From Fimicolochytrium jonesii (taxonomy: Eukaryota), in NCBI RefSeq assembly GCF_025526975.1, contig NW_026515668.1:372001-436000 (forward strand): DNA of 64,000 nt, given 5' to 3'. A program made the position numbers and the translations under genes. The notes under the pieces are model-generated. The model saw only the letters and a list, made by a program, of their open reading frames with translations. It had not been told where the DNA came from and did no database searches. Below are positions 1 through 14,790 of this stretch, piece after piece. Numbering within the stretch: position 1 is the first letter of the stretch; each line of letters begins with the position of its first letter.

Positions 1-1966
<1,966 letters not shown>

Positions 1967-2259
1967 ACTGATATCGAGGGTATCCGAGCCGGTTCAACCC
2001 TATTGTAATTATAAATCCCGTGTGGATCCACATGGAAGATGGAAATATGTCGAGAGTGAATAGAATCTTGGGTGCACTCATTGATACTACCGCATGAGAA
2101 ATGCATTGTTGTTCTACTCAACCACTCCAACATACGCCACATAAAACGCCGCCCAATGTAATATCCGCTATCTAAGCTACCCAATCTCTACTTGCAAGCG
2201 ATGAAAAAAGTGTTGTCCCGTAACTCCTCAATGTTAAACCCAAGACCCAGACCCCTCTC

Positions 2260-3800
2260 CTACTGCGGCAAATCGCCATACATATCATTACTGTTCCTGG
2301 CAATCAAGCTCGCGCGGGTCGGGCTCCTCACATCAACTTTTGTCGAAACGGCCTCGACCCTGTCCGACCCGCGCTCGCTGAGGATGTCGATGATGTGCTG
2401 CGTGAGGAGGTCGATTGCTACGGTGTTTTGGTGGCCGCGCGGAATGATGACGTCTGCGAATTTCTTTGACTAAGATTATGATGTAGTAGGTTGAGTAAGG
2501 TCAGCCCACAGGGAAATCGAAGGATGCGATCCGTGGAGTATGCGCTCTTAGCCCTTCCGTTGAGGTTCGGAGTATGCTTACCGGGAGAATAAAGTCCTCA
2601 AAAGCGGGTTTCACAAACGTGATGTAATACTGCAAGATCTTCTCCAAGCTCTTCTTATACCTCTCCTCGGTGTCGCGGACAACTACGCGCCGGGGGTGGT
2701 CAACAGTTAGAATGGCGTGCCCCCTACCCTAAACGTAGCCCGACCTGCACGCGCTCCTCCACCACCAACCTTGCCGAGCCAGCCGGACATCACTGTCAAC
2801 ATCCACAAACACCTTCAGATTCAATGCGTCGCGCACTCGGCGCTTGTACAGCATGAAGATGCCGGAGAAGATTACAACGTCGGGTTTTTCTATCCGGACC
2901 GTTTCGGGAAGGCTGATGGGTGGGTCCAGGTTCTGGTCAGGGGGGATTCAGGAGGGGGGTCGCATACCGTGCCCCGGTGTCCACCTACCGAACGTTCTTT
3001 TGGAAATCGTACTGTGGTATCCCGGCGGCCCGTCCGTGTAATATGTCCTCCATGCAGTCCTCCAGTAACCTGAAATCGATCGCGTTCGGGTGATCTGGCG
3101 GAGAGAGGGCTCTTTTTCAGCGACCTGTTCGTTGGTGATGCGAACACACTGTAGTCTCAAAAGGAAGCCGCACCAAAGTTGTACTCCCCGGTTTCCGCAA
3201 GCTTTTGCTCTTCTGCCGACAATTCCCGGTAAAAGTTTTCCAACCTGTACAATTAGCAGGGGATGTACCAATGTATCAGTTCCCCGCACAATCGTGATAC
3301 TCCCAACTCCCCTCCACCAGGACCAGTCCCAAAAGACCTACCGGATAGTAACAACCTTCATCCCAACGCTGCTATCAACCTCCCTCAACCGGTCCATGAT
3401 AATCCGGCACACCTGGTTCTTCCCGCTGGACGCTCCGCCCGCCACACCGATGATGAACGGGGTCCGGGCCCGGGCAGAGTCTTTCAGAGGAGCTAGCGGC
3501 TGTTCGAACTCGTTGAGGGAGGAACATGACGAGGATGTTTCGAGGGTTCCGATCCTTCCTGGATAGCGGAAATTGGACGGGAGTAAGACATTTGCAGAAG
3601 CTCAGAATGACTGAGATAATGGCGTTCGACGTCGGTGTTGGAATCATATGTGTGCACAACACCCTATCGTCGCCGTCATGGCGCGGAAGGAGGGTCGCCG
3701 GTTTTCACACCCCACGACCGAACGACTGCCAATTGGAATGCTAAAGACCCATGTCCGACAAGGAAGCAAACCTACCGAGCGGGTCCAGAATGGCTGACAT
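2260..3800 (-). CDS. Uridine/cytidine kinase-like protein with degenerate catalytic motifs (possible pseudokinase, Das2-like); start uncertain
   Basis: Spliced peptides [94 protein letters not shown]. Plausible first exon MSAILDPLG at 3800 with phase-compatible splice; TAG at 2260-2262. Confidence 0.85.
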
Positions 3801-4746
3801 ATTGTGAGAAGCGAAACTTGGCTTGGGTGAGCGTAATCGGTGATGCCTGGGACGAACGACCCCACACCAAAAGAAAAGGAAGCGTTTTGGGCGATTTGAG
3901 CCACACCTCGGACTCTCCGACGCGTGCTGTGTTGCCAGAGCCACGCCAGAACTGTGCCAGAACGTTGAACACGACTCTCCATGACTGCCTGCCACCTTCA
4001 TATGCTTGCATGCTATCCCTATTATGCAAGAGACCTTTTCAACGAACTGACCGTTCCCAGGGTGGCATGCACCCGAGCTACTCGTACTGAGAGATTGGAT
4101 ATGTCTTTTTGAAGAACCTGAAGGCAGGATGGATTTCACAAACCTGGTCTACTAATGACCATATTGGTCATATCCCGGCCACACCCTACTCCCACAGGGC
4201 ATCAGCAGGAGGGGGGGCAGATCCCGAGATATACCTAACCTCCAAGATATGCCGACGGGAAAGTCTGAAGATGTGAAGCGCCCAACCCGAAGTTCAAAAG
4301 GTCGGGGAACAACCAGTCTACGGTAGCCCCTCGAGAAGCCTGATAGGTTTCATAGAATGCAGCAACGGGTCCATGCGATGCCGTTGCTCGCCACACCGAG
4401 CGGCCAGGAACGAAACTGCTTTCGGTCCACTTGCTCTCCAAGGTCTTCCGAGAGACTGATAGAGCCGAGGAGGAAATGTAAGGCGGCCCATATTGAGATT
4501 GTTGCTGTTAGATAACGGTGGTCTACGCTCGCCCGGGTGATCTGCGCAATATCACAATCAATTCACGCCTGGGAAGTTGTCGCCCCATCGAGAATTTCCC
4601 CATTCGCCCCTTTTCAAATTTCACGACAGCGGCCTTTCCAACACTCGCTCAGCGGCAGGCAGGACCCACCACCGCTCATATCCCCGCCGTACGCACATTC
4701 TTCGTCGCCCACCCCCTTCTCCAACCCCCCTCACACCTGCAGAAAA

Positions 4747-6041
4747 ATGGTATCCAAAGAAGCAATTGCGGCCGTCACGTTCGCCCTCGGCTTGCGCCTA
4801 TCCCAGTCCTACTGGGAGCAATATGTCTCACGCGAGATACTCGCAGCCGTCATCGGTGGTTCCGCTCTCGTGGTTCTCTTCCTCAATCGTAAACGTATGT
4901 GTTCTCTTTAGGCTGAGCTGTATCGTGGCGATTCCACCGCTAACCATTTTACCTGCCACGGACGATGATCTCGACGACGAAATGCAGCCATCCCAGAAAA
5001 GGAAGCCGGCCCCGTGCTCAGCAAAACGGAATGGAAGAAGTTCCCTCTGAGGGAGAAGATTGTCATTTCCCATAACACCGCTGTGTGAGTTGCCTTCGGT
5101 TTGCTTTGCCACGGTATGGCGAATACATGTCTGCAACCTTTGACTGACCCCGCCCATGTTTAGGTACCGCTTTGCGCTCCCCACTGCGGAGTCTGTCTTG
5201 GGCCTTCCCACTGGTCAGGTACGCCGCTTGATCTCACTGGAGGGCGCTCGCAGCAATTGTCTGACTCTACTACCTCAACAGCACATCTCCGTCTGCGCAG
5301 ACGTGAACGGAAAGGAAATCACCCGCAGCTACACCCCCACCAGCAACGATGACGAAAAGGGCCACTTCGATCTCCTCATCAAATCGTACCCCAACGGCAA
5401 CCTCTCCAAACTTTTCAGCGAACTGAAGCTCGGCGACGAGTTGAAGGTCAAGGGGCCCAAGGGACAGTTCCAGTACACGCCCAACTGCGTTAAGGAAATT
5501 GGCATGGTCAGTAATCTTATCTCAGTAGTCACACCACAAGATCGATATCTCACCACTGTCCTTGGTTGTTTCCAGATCGCCGGCGGAACAGGAATCACAC
5601 CCATGCTCCAGATCATCAAAGCGGTCCTCAAAAACCCGGACGACAAGACCAAACTCAGCTTGATCTTCGCTAACGTGAAGGTGGACGATATCCTCCTTCG
5701 CGACGAGCTAGAGGGGTTGGCGGAGAAGAACCCGGAGCGGTTGCGGATTTACCATGTTTTGAACGAGGTAAACTTTCACAATCCCTTCTGATTCAACCAT
5801 GCGCTCCAATATCTCATACCCTCTCGATTGTTTTCAGCCCCCAGTAGCATGGACCCAAGGCGTCGGCTTCGTCACAAAAGACATGATCAAAACCCACCTT
5901 CCCGCGCCCGCAAAGGATATCAAGATCCTGCTCTGCGGCCCGCCGCCGATGGTCAAGGTGATGAGCACCTATGCGGAGGAGCTCGGGTATGATAAGCCCA
6001 ATGCCATCTCGAGGATGCCGGATATGGTGTTCAAGTTCTAG
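4747..6041 (+). CDS. CBR1: NADH-cytochrome b5 reductase, multi-exon
   Basis: N-terminal hydrophobic anchor; [45 protein letters not shown]-terminal VFKF*. Confidence 0.95.
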
Positions 6042-6424
6042 GCGAGGACTTTGAGGAGTGCGCGAGTCGCATGGACGGCTATGGACGGACCACCAGCTTT
6101 ACGTAGACATATCACAAACAGCATCATCCCCCCAATCCGCAAACCATATATAGAGCAGGAGCGGGGAAAGTCATAGTATGGACCCATATCAGCGGCGGGC
6201 CCTTGGTTTCATTTTCTTATTGCTAGGACGTATCCTACACCACGTGTTCTACGACTAGAACCATATCACATAATGAACGTGTGAAATAACACTGCAAACA
6301 TCATGGAAACGCTCAAGAATTGGTTTCCCTACTAGGAGAAAAAACGGATTTGTTTGTGTACATATCTAACGTTTTGCTGTTAACCGGATGGGAGAAATGC
6401 AATGACCGGCTATTTAGTGATATA

Positions 6425-8411
6425 TCACAAGGAATCAAGCATGTACGCAATCGCTGCTTCTACATTTCCACCCTACGTTCAACAAAAATCGATGTAAATG
6501 ATATATCCTACACGAAACACATTTGCGAAGAAACACTTACTGCGGCCAGGAGTGCCCGGATGCATTTATCCTTTTCCTATTTGGTTGGAGTAAAATGAAT
6601 CGAGTCAGATGCGGGGTTTCCGTAGCGCGAGGAAGAGGAGGGGATTCAGCCGCGGGGAGTTCGGTCGGTCCTTACCACAAAACCCATTTCCCGCAACGCC
6701 GTCTGATCGAAACACACGTTCGCGTTAGTCAAAGAGCAACGCACCCGGGACCCCATGAACCCAAAACTCCACCCACCAACTGCTCCTTAAACCGATCCTC
6801 ATGCGCCTGCATCGTCTCCTGACTACTTGGTGTCGCTGCTGCTGCTGCTGCGGGTGTACCCACCGGTTGGACGGCTGGGGGAAGGAACGGCATCTGCAGG
6901 AAGGGGTTTTGGAAGAGCGGATTTTGTTGTTGTTGGCCACCGGCACCGCCGAGGAGGGAGAGGAAGTTGGTTGGGTCGAATGCGGGGAGCTGGGTGGGGT
7001 TGGTGGTTGGTTGGGATGTTTGTGGTGAGGGGGCGGGGAATTGGGGCTGACGAGATCACGGTGGTCAGAACAAACAGAATCCCAAGGGTGAAGTCACACA
7101 ATGTGTCCAAACTCACCATCCCAAACGCAGCGAATGGATTGAAGCCCGGATTCGACATTCCAGGCCCGAGGCCTGTCAATGCCGCAAATGGATCCGCTGC
7201 AGCGGGCTGGGATGCTGTAGATGGTGATGGCGCCGCCCATGGGTTTGGAAGGGCAGCGTTGTTGGGACCTTGGCCGGTGGATGTTTGTTGTGCGCCGAGC
7301 ATGGCTGCGTATCGTCGATTTGCTTCCTCTGTGACGTTTGTCGAGTGAGAAGCGAGCCAACAAGTTGAGAGTGATAATCCTTCCCAATGTACGCACCTGT
7401 GCTCGGATTATCGTCATGCGCCTGCGATAACGGCGCCTGAATGTCATGATACATGGAACTCAACGCGTTGAATCCACCCGGGATGTTCTCGATGTTCAAC
7501 AGCTGTCTATCCACATTCCGCATCATTTCCTGGCTCTATCGATCGGCATTCGTGCGCGTCAGCCTCCAGCCGCTTCCCCACCGGTCCGCCAAAGGGCGCT
7601 CGCGTCTTACCAGCGCCGGATTCCGCATGGTCTCCATCATCTCTCTCAGGAATCGCGGATCATTCAGGGTTTGTCGGAGCTGGGGATTCGACTGTGCGAG
7701 AGGGTACCCGGTCGAGTGAGATTACGGTTAAGAGTAACCCACAGGATTCCCACGCGATCACTAACCTCTGCCAGTCGAGCGATACGCGGGTCGTTCTCCA
7801 ACATCGTTTGCATGAATTCGGGACTCTCCAACAGTGATCTGACCATGGGGTTTTCCAGCAGTCCGCTCATATCTGTCGTATAGACGCCCAGTTCAGTTCT
7901 ACCCTTCGTTCATCGGCCAGCAACACGGACAACACCAGTGATGTCGGCTCACCTCCCAACCCAAACGAGTTCCTCTGATTCGCCGCGGCGGCCTCCTGAA
8001 GCGTCCGAGGTCGTTCTTCCGCGGCCGGCCCGGCATCCTCACCCTCCCTCCTTGCAGCCACTCTCGAAACATGAATGACAGCATCGTCCGTGATGCCCAG
8101 AGATTTAACCGTCGCCTCGTCATCCCTATATATCCGCCCTACAACAATTGTTGTGAATACGGAAAGTCATCACCCAGCCAAACCAAGCCAGTCCAGTCCA
8201 CTCCACACATACCAGCATGCACAAGCCGTATATCCTCCTTATTGATACTCAAGCGCTGGCCCAGCTGGTCCTTGAGATCGGCGACGGTGGCGGTAGTTGG
8301 GTCGGAGACTCGCAGCATGAGGTCGGTTTGGTTTGCGAGACCAGGGGCCATGCGGAAGCGGATTTGCACGGGAGTGGTGGGACCGGATTGTTCTTCTGGC
8401 TCGTCGGACAT
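6425..8411 (-). CDS. DSK2: Ubiquilin/Dsk2-like UBL-STI1-UBA shuttle protein
   Basis: UBL (TVADLKDQLG..DIRLVHAG), STI1 region (MMRNVDRQLLNIENIPGGFNAL), LPNPWA motif, and UBA spliced from DRFKEQL|TALREMGF..CIRALLAA|GGNVEAAIAYMLDSL*. Confidence 0.9.
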
Positions 8412-9064
8412 TGTTGTGGTTTTCTTTCTGTGGTATGTCAATGGCTGTGGTTGCGGTGAATGTCAAGTTGAGTTTGAAATGCTGCAAAAGGCCGATGGTG
8501 TCTTGGGCATGAATTCGCTCGGATAAATCACATAAGCCGCTTGATCAGCACAGTTGCATAACACGAACACCACGCCGTCACCCCTCCTGTTAAAATAGGT
8601 GCGCGTGGGAAGAGGAGGCAGCGGCAGTGAGGAAGCGCAAAAGGAAGCAGCACCCATCTATCATAGATGGGAGCTGGCCTCACATGTGTGACCATCGGGT
8701 GGCCCAGCTTACGGCGAGTCCGAATATGTACATAGTTCGCTAAACTGTGACGCCGTAAATCTTACCCAGCTGAGGGCACACGAGGGAATTTCGATGTTCA
8801 GGATGTGTATGCAGCTGTGTGGAGAGGCACATCGGGATCATCGGCGACGCAAGCGTGCATAAAGGCATATTCTACTGGTCGTCCTTCATTTTCAGTTTTG
8901 CTCGAGTTCATTTCGAGATGCAGCGTTTTTGGTGTGGGACGTCGCCCGGCTTCAATCGGCTGTATATATCCTTCGGTCGCAGTCTGTATGTACTCATTGT
9001 ATTCAGGTGTATGTACATCCAAGCCGCGCTTTGTTCATGAGTACCCGGTATCGCCCGTGTCTCA

Positions 9065-10544
9065 TCAGAACAGCTGTAAGAAGTAGCGATGAGTCTTACG
9101 GTATGCATCAGCCTGGAACCAGACGCTGCTTACCAGTTTATAAGGGTACCCTCCGTTCTTCAGCCGGAACAGCTTCAGCATGATGGAATAAATAACCACA
9201 AACACCCCCGCGAATGCGTACGCCGCTGTCCGCTGGGAGAAGGGCTGCGACATGGCGGGGACCTTTGTCACGAGGGCTACAAAAGCGATCGAACAGGCCG
9301 CGTCTGCGAAACAAGAGAGGTGTTAGATGCGTGACAAACACCTGCAAAATCTGTTCATGACAGCCACTTACAGAGCACGGCAACAAGCTGCGTCTCAAGC
9401 ACAAACTGGTTCTGGAACCCAGGTGCGATGACTTCGGGACGGTTATCGCGCATTCCGGTGTATGGCGGCCCACGGATGGAGTTCCACATATGCCCTGAGC
9501 ACATCGTCACGACCCATGCCTATTGCGGAAAAGGAACTCGATCAGCAGGAGAACTGTGACATGAAACATGATGAAGTTCTGCTGTACTCACAATCAACAG
9601 GGTAGACCAAATCTTGCGATTCTGCACAATCGCCGTGATGACGGGCCACAAGACTTTGATCAGCGTCAAAGCAAGCAAGATCGCTATTCCAACGATGCCG
9701 TATAGTGTGTAGTTCACGGGTCGCCTGATGGGGAACTATATGATGCGGAATGGGGAAAAATTGTTTAGAGTGGAGTTCATGTGGTAATGTATGTACTCCG
9801 GCATTGCTCACTCACCTCATGCTTCACCACATTAGAAGCATACTTCGCCAGCGGGTCTGCTTGTAGGCCCCTGAATCAGACCACAAATATCAGACCCAAG
9901 TTCACTTCGCTTGCACAGAAGCTCTATCGATAACCACCATTTGTTCAAGTCATAAGGCTCAGGCTCGCTTCCACCAGTCGCGAGCGGGCCCTCTGTCGGT
10001 GGGAAATGCAGGATCATGGGCACAGATTGCACTTGAAGCTGCAAAGATGGGTGTCAGCCCTAGGGAGCGCCGCGGAATGCACATTCCTACACCTCAGCGT
10101 ACCTTTTGGAAGACTTCCCGACCAGCCGCAAAGTCCAGTTGTCCAAAGTACAGCGTGCGCGGAACCTTCGCCCGCTGCCATGACGATGCCACTAGGTCGA
10201 ACTCCTTTTCGAATTCCCTGTGAAAACACCCACCAGATCAGATATCTCGCCTGCGGCGTTCAATCCCGTCCCCAACCTTCGAAAACCAACCTGCACGGCG
10301 CACATCCCATCTCCGGCGCCAAAGCGGTTAAGCACACAAACAACGAGTAGTTCCTTGGCGCCTCGGTGATTGCGAAGTAGTCGGAGCCGTCGAGCCTGAT
10401 GGCGCCATTGCTGCTGAGTTTCGCCTCCAGGCGTCTGATCTTTGTGATGGAGGGGGAGGCGGAGGTTGGAGGTGTGAGTGTGAGAAGGAGCAGTGACGCT
10501 AGCAGCGCTGCTAGGGCTGGGGTTTTGGATGACGGGAGCCACAT
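9065..10544 (-). CDS. OST3: Oligosaccharyltransferase OST3/OST6 (MAGT1/TUSC3) family subunit
   Basis: Signal peptide; PRNYSLFVCLTA..CAPC thioredoxin-like CxxC; VPMILHFPP; TM segments; C-terminal FRLKNGGYPYKL|LF*. Confidence 0.92.
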
Positions 10545-10832
10545 CTTGCAATGCTGTGAGGGACTGGATGGGTTCCTGCTTCCAGCGTCAGAAATGTTGC
10601 GGCGGTGAAGTCGAAACCTGAGTCGAAACGACGCGGCCGGCGAGTTTCTCCTCTGGGTTCGCTTAGAGGTTCGCTCCTTTTCAGCGATTCCAATCACATG
10701 AGCGGTGCAGCGCCTTACACGCCGCGAGTAGGACAAAACGATATCCAATAGCAGAGGTGCATCACCGCCAACCACTTGTCGCCCAGAACTCAAAAGCGCT
10801 TCAACTACCGTACCTTGCATTCCCACCTCACG

Positions 10833-11780
10833 ATGTCCCATCACCCAACCCCCGACCTAGGCCATTTACGAGCATCCGATTACAATAACGTCTACGAGCC
10901 AGCCGAGGACACGTTTCTCTTTCTGGACGCACTGCAAAAGGATGTGGAGTTCATAAGGGCTCTGAGGCCGTCGATATGTTTGGAGATTGGGTGCGTGGCT
11001 CGGGCCGTTTGGCGGAGATCACCGACAGAGGCGTTACGGAAGGGCGGCGGCCCGGCGGGGCGGCGGAATTTGAACTAAGACTTTTCGGCGGCTCTCTCTG
11101 TTGTGTGGTTGCAACGGTAGATCTGGATCAGGATGCGTTACCACTTTCCTAGGAACGCTGCTGGGGGAGCAGAGCAAAGCGTGTAAGTATGACCGAAACG
11201 GGCGGCAACGCCGAATAGCGGGGTTTTCATCCCCTTTCACATTTGTGAGCGATCGCTCACTCCGTCCCTCGCAGTATACCTCACGACGGATATCAACCCA
11301 CACGCCATATCCGCCACAGTCGCCACAGGCCTCCGCAACGGCGTCACTATAGATGCGCTCCAATCCGACCTCATCCCGCCCTTTACCAGGCCCCGCTCCA
11401 TCGACGTCCTTCTATTCAACCCACCCTACGTCGTCACACCACCCGAGGAGGTCTGGCGAGGGTACGAGCCGCAACGCCCCAATACAAAGCCGCCATCTAC
11501 CTTTTTAGGAAGCGAATTCGGCAACGGCTCAAACGGGATCGAGGCCTCCTGGGCCGGCGGGATCGACGGGCGCGAGGTGATAGACAGGCTCCTACCACAG
11601 ATCCAGGACGCGTTATCGGCGCGAGGAGTGTTTTTCATGGTCGTGATTAACGAGAACAAGCCGGAGGAGATCAGGAGTTGGATGGGAAGTGAGGAGATGG
11701 GAATGTTTAGCAGCGAGGTGGTGCTGAGTCGGAAGGCGGGGAGGGAGGGGTTGAGTATTTTGAAGTTTTGGAGGACGTAG
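10833..11780 (+). CDS. MTQ2: HemK2/N6AMT1 (eRF1 glutamine) methyltransferase
   Basis: VYEPAEDTFLFLDAL, LEIG|SGSGCV, FNPPYV, SWAGGIDGREVIDRLL, RKAGREGLSILKF. Confidence 0.95.
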
Positions 11781-11989
11781 AATATGGATGTGGTAGATAT
11801 AGACAAGGCGAACGGCAGCGAAGTACGGTAGCCCATCTTCCGCGAGGTGGGATGGTGTTAACCTATTGACATACTATTCCCGACGATCGCAGATTTCGCA
11901 AAACATGGGTTTCCAAAACAGAGAAAGGGGACTGTTATTTACAATGACCAGCCTGATGCTAGCCCTACTGCGGAGAACATTCAGTACAT

Positions 11990-13152
11990 TCAATTGCCAG
12001 GCGGTACTTCTAACTCCGCCGTTAGCAGATTCGTCATCTTGGGAAACACGGCCTTCTCTTCCAATTGGTTCTGCGAGAGGTATGTGTAAGCGTGACATAC
12101 GTCGGGCACCGAAAACTAAAAGAGGCAGGTAATTGAAACCTACTTGAGCCCAAACAAGCATTTTGAGTAAGGATGGCAGCTTTGGGTCTTTCTCCTGACA
12201 TTGCGCGGTGAGGATTGCAGAGTTGAGCTCGCTCGCAGTTTTCTGGCGTTGCGCGTGATCGACAAGATATGCCAGTGGCGAGTTTGTGGCATCCTCGAAC
12301 GCCAGCAGCGCCATGGTCTTTTCCAGTTCGTCCAGAAACTCAGGCTAATGCGAAAGATGGTCGCGTGAGTGTTGCCGCTCACGTCACACAGGTGCAAAGT
12401 GAAGGTGGGTCGGTTCCTCACATTGTCCTCTCCTCGTGGCGCCAGCTCCTCCTGAGCGAACTCTATCGCCTCCGCTATTCTACCTTTCCGGATGAATTCA
12501 ATTAACTGTTGTTGCTGAAGATGGAAGTACAGCTTCGGATTTGTGTCGAGAATCTGTGGCACGCACGTAGATGACGAAGTTAGTCATGTCCGCCGTGTCC
12601 GACGCAATCCCGTCATGGACCCATTTGCGAACCTCAGGGTCTAAATCATTCACTCTCTCAATAGCATTTTCGATATCTCCAGACTGTATCGCGTTTCGGA
12701 TGTTCATTCGGTCCTCGATTGATGTAAGATCGATTCCCGGAGGTAGTCCCGACTCTCGACTGAACTTTTCCGCTGCGTCTTTGTATCCTTCTATCACCAA
12801 GTAGTTCATGACCAGTTTGTTGAGATCACTGTAATAACCATCATATTCTGATAAGCCGCTGTCCATGTTCTCGAGGTACCGTCTGTGAGGAAGGCTTACT
12901 GTTTGCTGACGGCAACCTTCGCCAGTTTCCTTTCCCACTCGTCAAGCGGAATGGTCTAATTGTCAAGAACGGTGAACGGAAAGAGTAAACAAGTCAACCC
13001 TCTCATTCAACAGGGCGTAAGGCGTCAAACGTGCCGACCTTTTTCGACCCAGTCTTTGTATCGGACTAGATATAGAGACGTATTTCAAGATGACTGTCAG
13101 CCAAGATCACCTGGCGAACTTCCACGTTGACAGAGTTGTGCGCACTAACCAT
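11990..13152 (-). CDS. GID8: GID/CTLH E3 complex subunit Gid8/TWA1 (LisH-CTLH-CRA)
   Basis: DLNKLVMNYLVIEGYKDAAEKF (LisH), LYFHLQQQQLIE..AIEFAQEELAPRGE, QRQKTASELNSAIL..LLKMLVWAQ|NQLEEK. Confidence 0.93.
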
Positions 13153-13488
13153 GATGACGAGGTTCCAGGGAGCGAAGAGGGAGAGAAGCAGGGAGTTATA
13201 CAATTGAGAGGAGGCGAAGACTTCTTGAGCTGCTGAAGGGACAAGTGTCGATGTCAACGGAACACTTTTATCTGAGAGGAGTTGGAAAGCGAAACCACAT
13301 CACCATCAGAAGCGCGTCCGCCGTCCGTCCCAGCGTCCGTCCAGCTTTGAGGTTTTCCGGAACTCGTTGCTCTTCTGGACTGAAACACACAAGAAGTAGA
13401 AGGCGGGGACAGCTAGTGCGACCCAGCTCACGACCAGCTCGGGCATACTACTCGTCTATCGCTCGCTCCAGGCTATTCGCCTCGGAAA

Positions 13489-14790
13489 ATGCACGGCACA
13501 TCCGAGTCGCTGAGCGGCGGTGGTGGAGCCGCACCATTAGGGGCGAGGAAACGAAACCAAACGACAACAGCCGATGGCCCTCCGTCCGAGTCCCTCGCCA
13601 AGAAGGCGGTGCACGCAGTGGAGGCGACGTATCTATCGTTTCAACGCCCGCTTCTTTCTCTTGTCCAGCAAAGTCTCCACCCACATTTCGAGTTGCCCGC
13701 CCACGTAGTGCATTTCGCAATTCGGCAGGAGTTCATTGCTCTCGCGGGACCGTCGGTTGTCTGGCTATACTCTTACAGCGCAGGCGCTGAGATCAGTATA
13801 TTGCTCGTTACCACAGGTGGGGTGGCAAAGAAGAAAGCGAAGGAGGAAGCGGTGGCTTGTTCTGTGATTGCTCATTTTGGTGTGCTGGTATTTGCAGAAA
13901 CGATTAACGGAGTGCTCAAGTGGGCTTTCCGCCAACCACGACCAGGATGGCTACGCGGCACGAACATGCTAAAGATGAGATCGCCAACATGGGAGGCCGA
14001 CTACTCCACGCCCTCCAGCCACGCGCAGCTCGCAGCGACGGTCGCAACATGGGTCGTGTTGTTCACCAACTTCTCTGTAATACCGAGTATACTCGCCATT
14101 TTGTTTGCGGTACTGGTCGGAGTCGCTCGCGTCTATTCATGCGTGCACTGGCCGTCGGATGTGGTGTTCGGATGGGCATGCGGGGTTCTATGGACGGCGT
14201 TCGTGCTTCCCATTTTGCGGTCCTCGATGACCCCCTCGCACGAGGCCGGCTTTGCGACCGTCCTCGTCGCGGTGTTGAGCGCGCTACTCTATCTAGTTCG
14301 CACCGCCGCGAAAGAAGAGGAAGCACACGTCCGCGCAGAATGGAAGGCGGCAGCTCTCGCAGGCTACGATGTCGACAAGCATAGTAAAGCGGAGGTGCTC
14401 AAGGCCGTGCAGAAGTGGGGAAGAGGCCCGCGGTTGTTCTACACCTACGCAGGCCCGCTGAGCGCTACCTACGGGTCGTTGATAGGACGAGCGATCCTAC
14501 ACTTCTATTTCGAGATCCGTCGCCACGATGACGATGTCTCTGCTTCCGCTTCTGATGCTGCCAGCTTTGCGGATTTCGTAACACGGCAACACTCGGTCCC
14601 GGTTCGACTGCTTGTGGGCATTGCGGGTCTTGTGCCGTGCCTGGCGTTCGCGCATGGGTTGCCGGTGCTTTTGCGCGCACAGCCTAAGGGTCTCCTGGAC
14701 GGCGCGTGTGTGTTTGCTGGGTTTGCTGCCGTCGGCATCTGGGTGTTGGCGGGATGTCAGATCGTGTTTGACCGCGGGATGACATGGTGA
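13489..14790 (+). CDS. PAP2-family multi-pass membrane phosphatase, intronless (433 aa)
   Basis: C1 KWAFRQPRP, C2 PSSH and C3 ARVYSCVHWPSDV motifs, plus many hydrophobic helices in one uninterrupted ORF. Confidence 0.9.
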   Translation: MHGTSESLSGGGGAAPLGARKRNQTTTADGPPSESLAKKAVHAVEATYLSFQRPLLSLVQQSLHPHFELPAHVVHFAIRQEFIALAGPSVVWLYSYSAGAEISILLVTTGGVAKKKAKEEAVACSVIAHFGVLVFAETINGVLKWAFRQPRPGWLRGTNMLKMRSPTWEADYSTPSSHAQLAATVATWVVLFTNFSVIPSILAILFAVLVGVARVYSCVHWPSDVVFGWACGVLWTAFVLPILRSSMTPSHEAGFATVLVAVLSALLYLVRTAAKEEEAHVRAEWKAAALAGYDVDKHSKAEVLKAVQKWGRGPRLFYTYAGPLSATYGSLIGRAILHFYFEIRRHDDDVSASASDAASFADFVTRQHSVPVRLLVGIAGLVPCLAFAHGLPVLLRAQPKGLLDGACVFAGFAAVGIWVLAGCQIVFDRGMTW

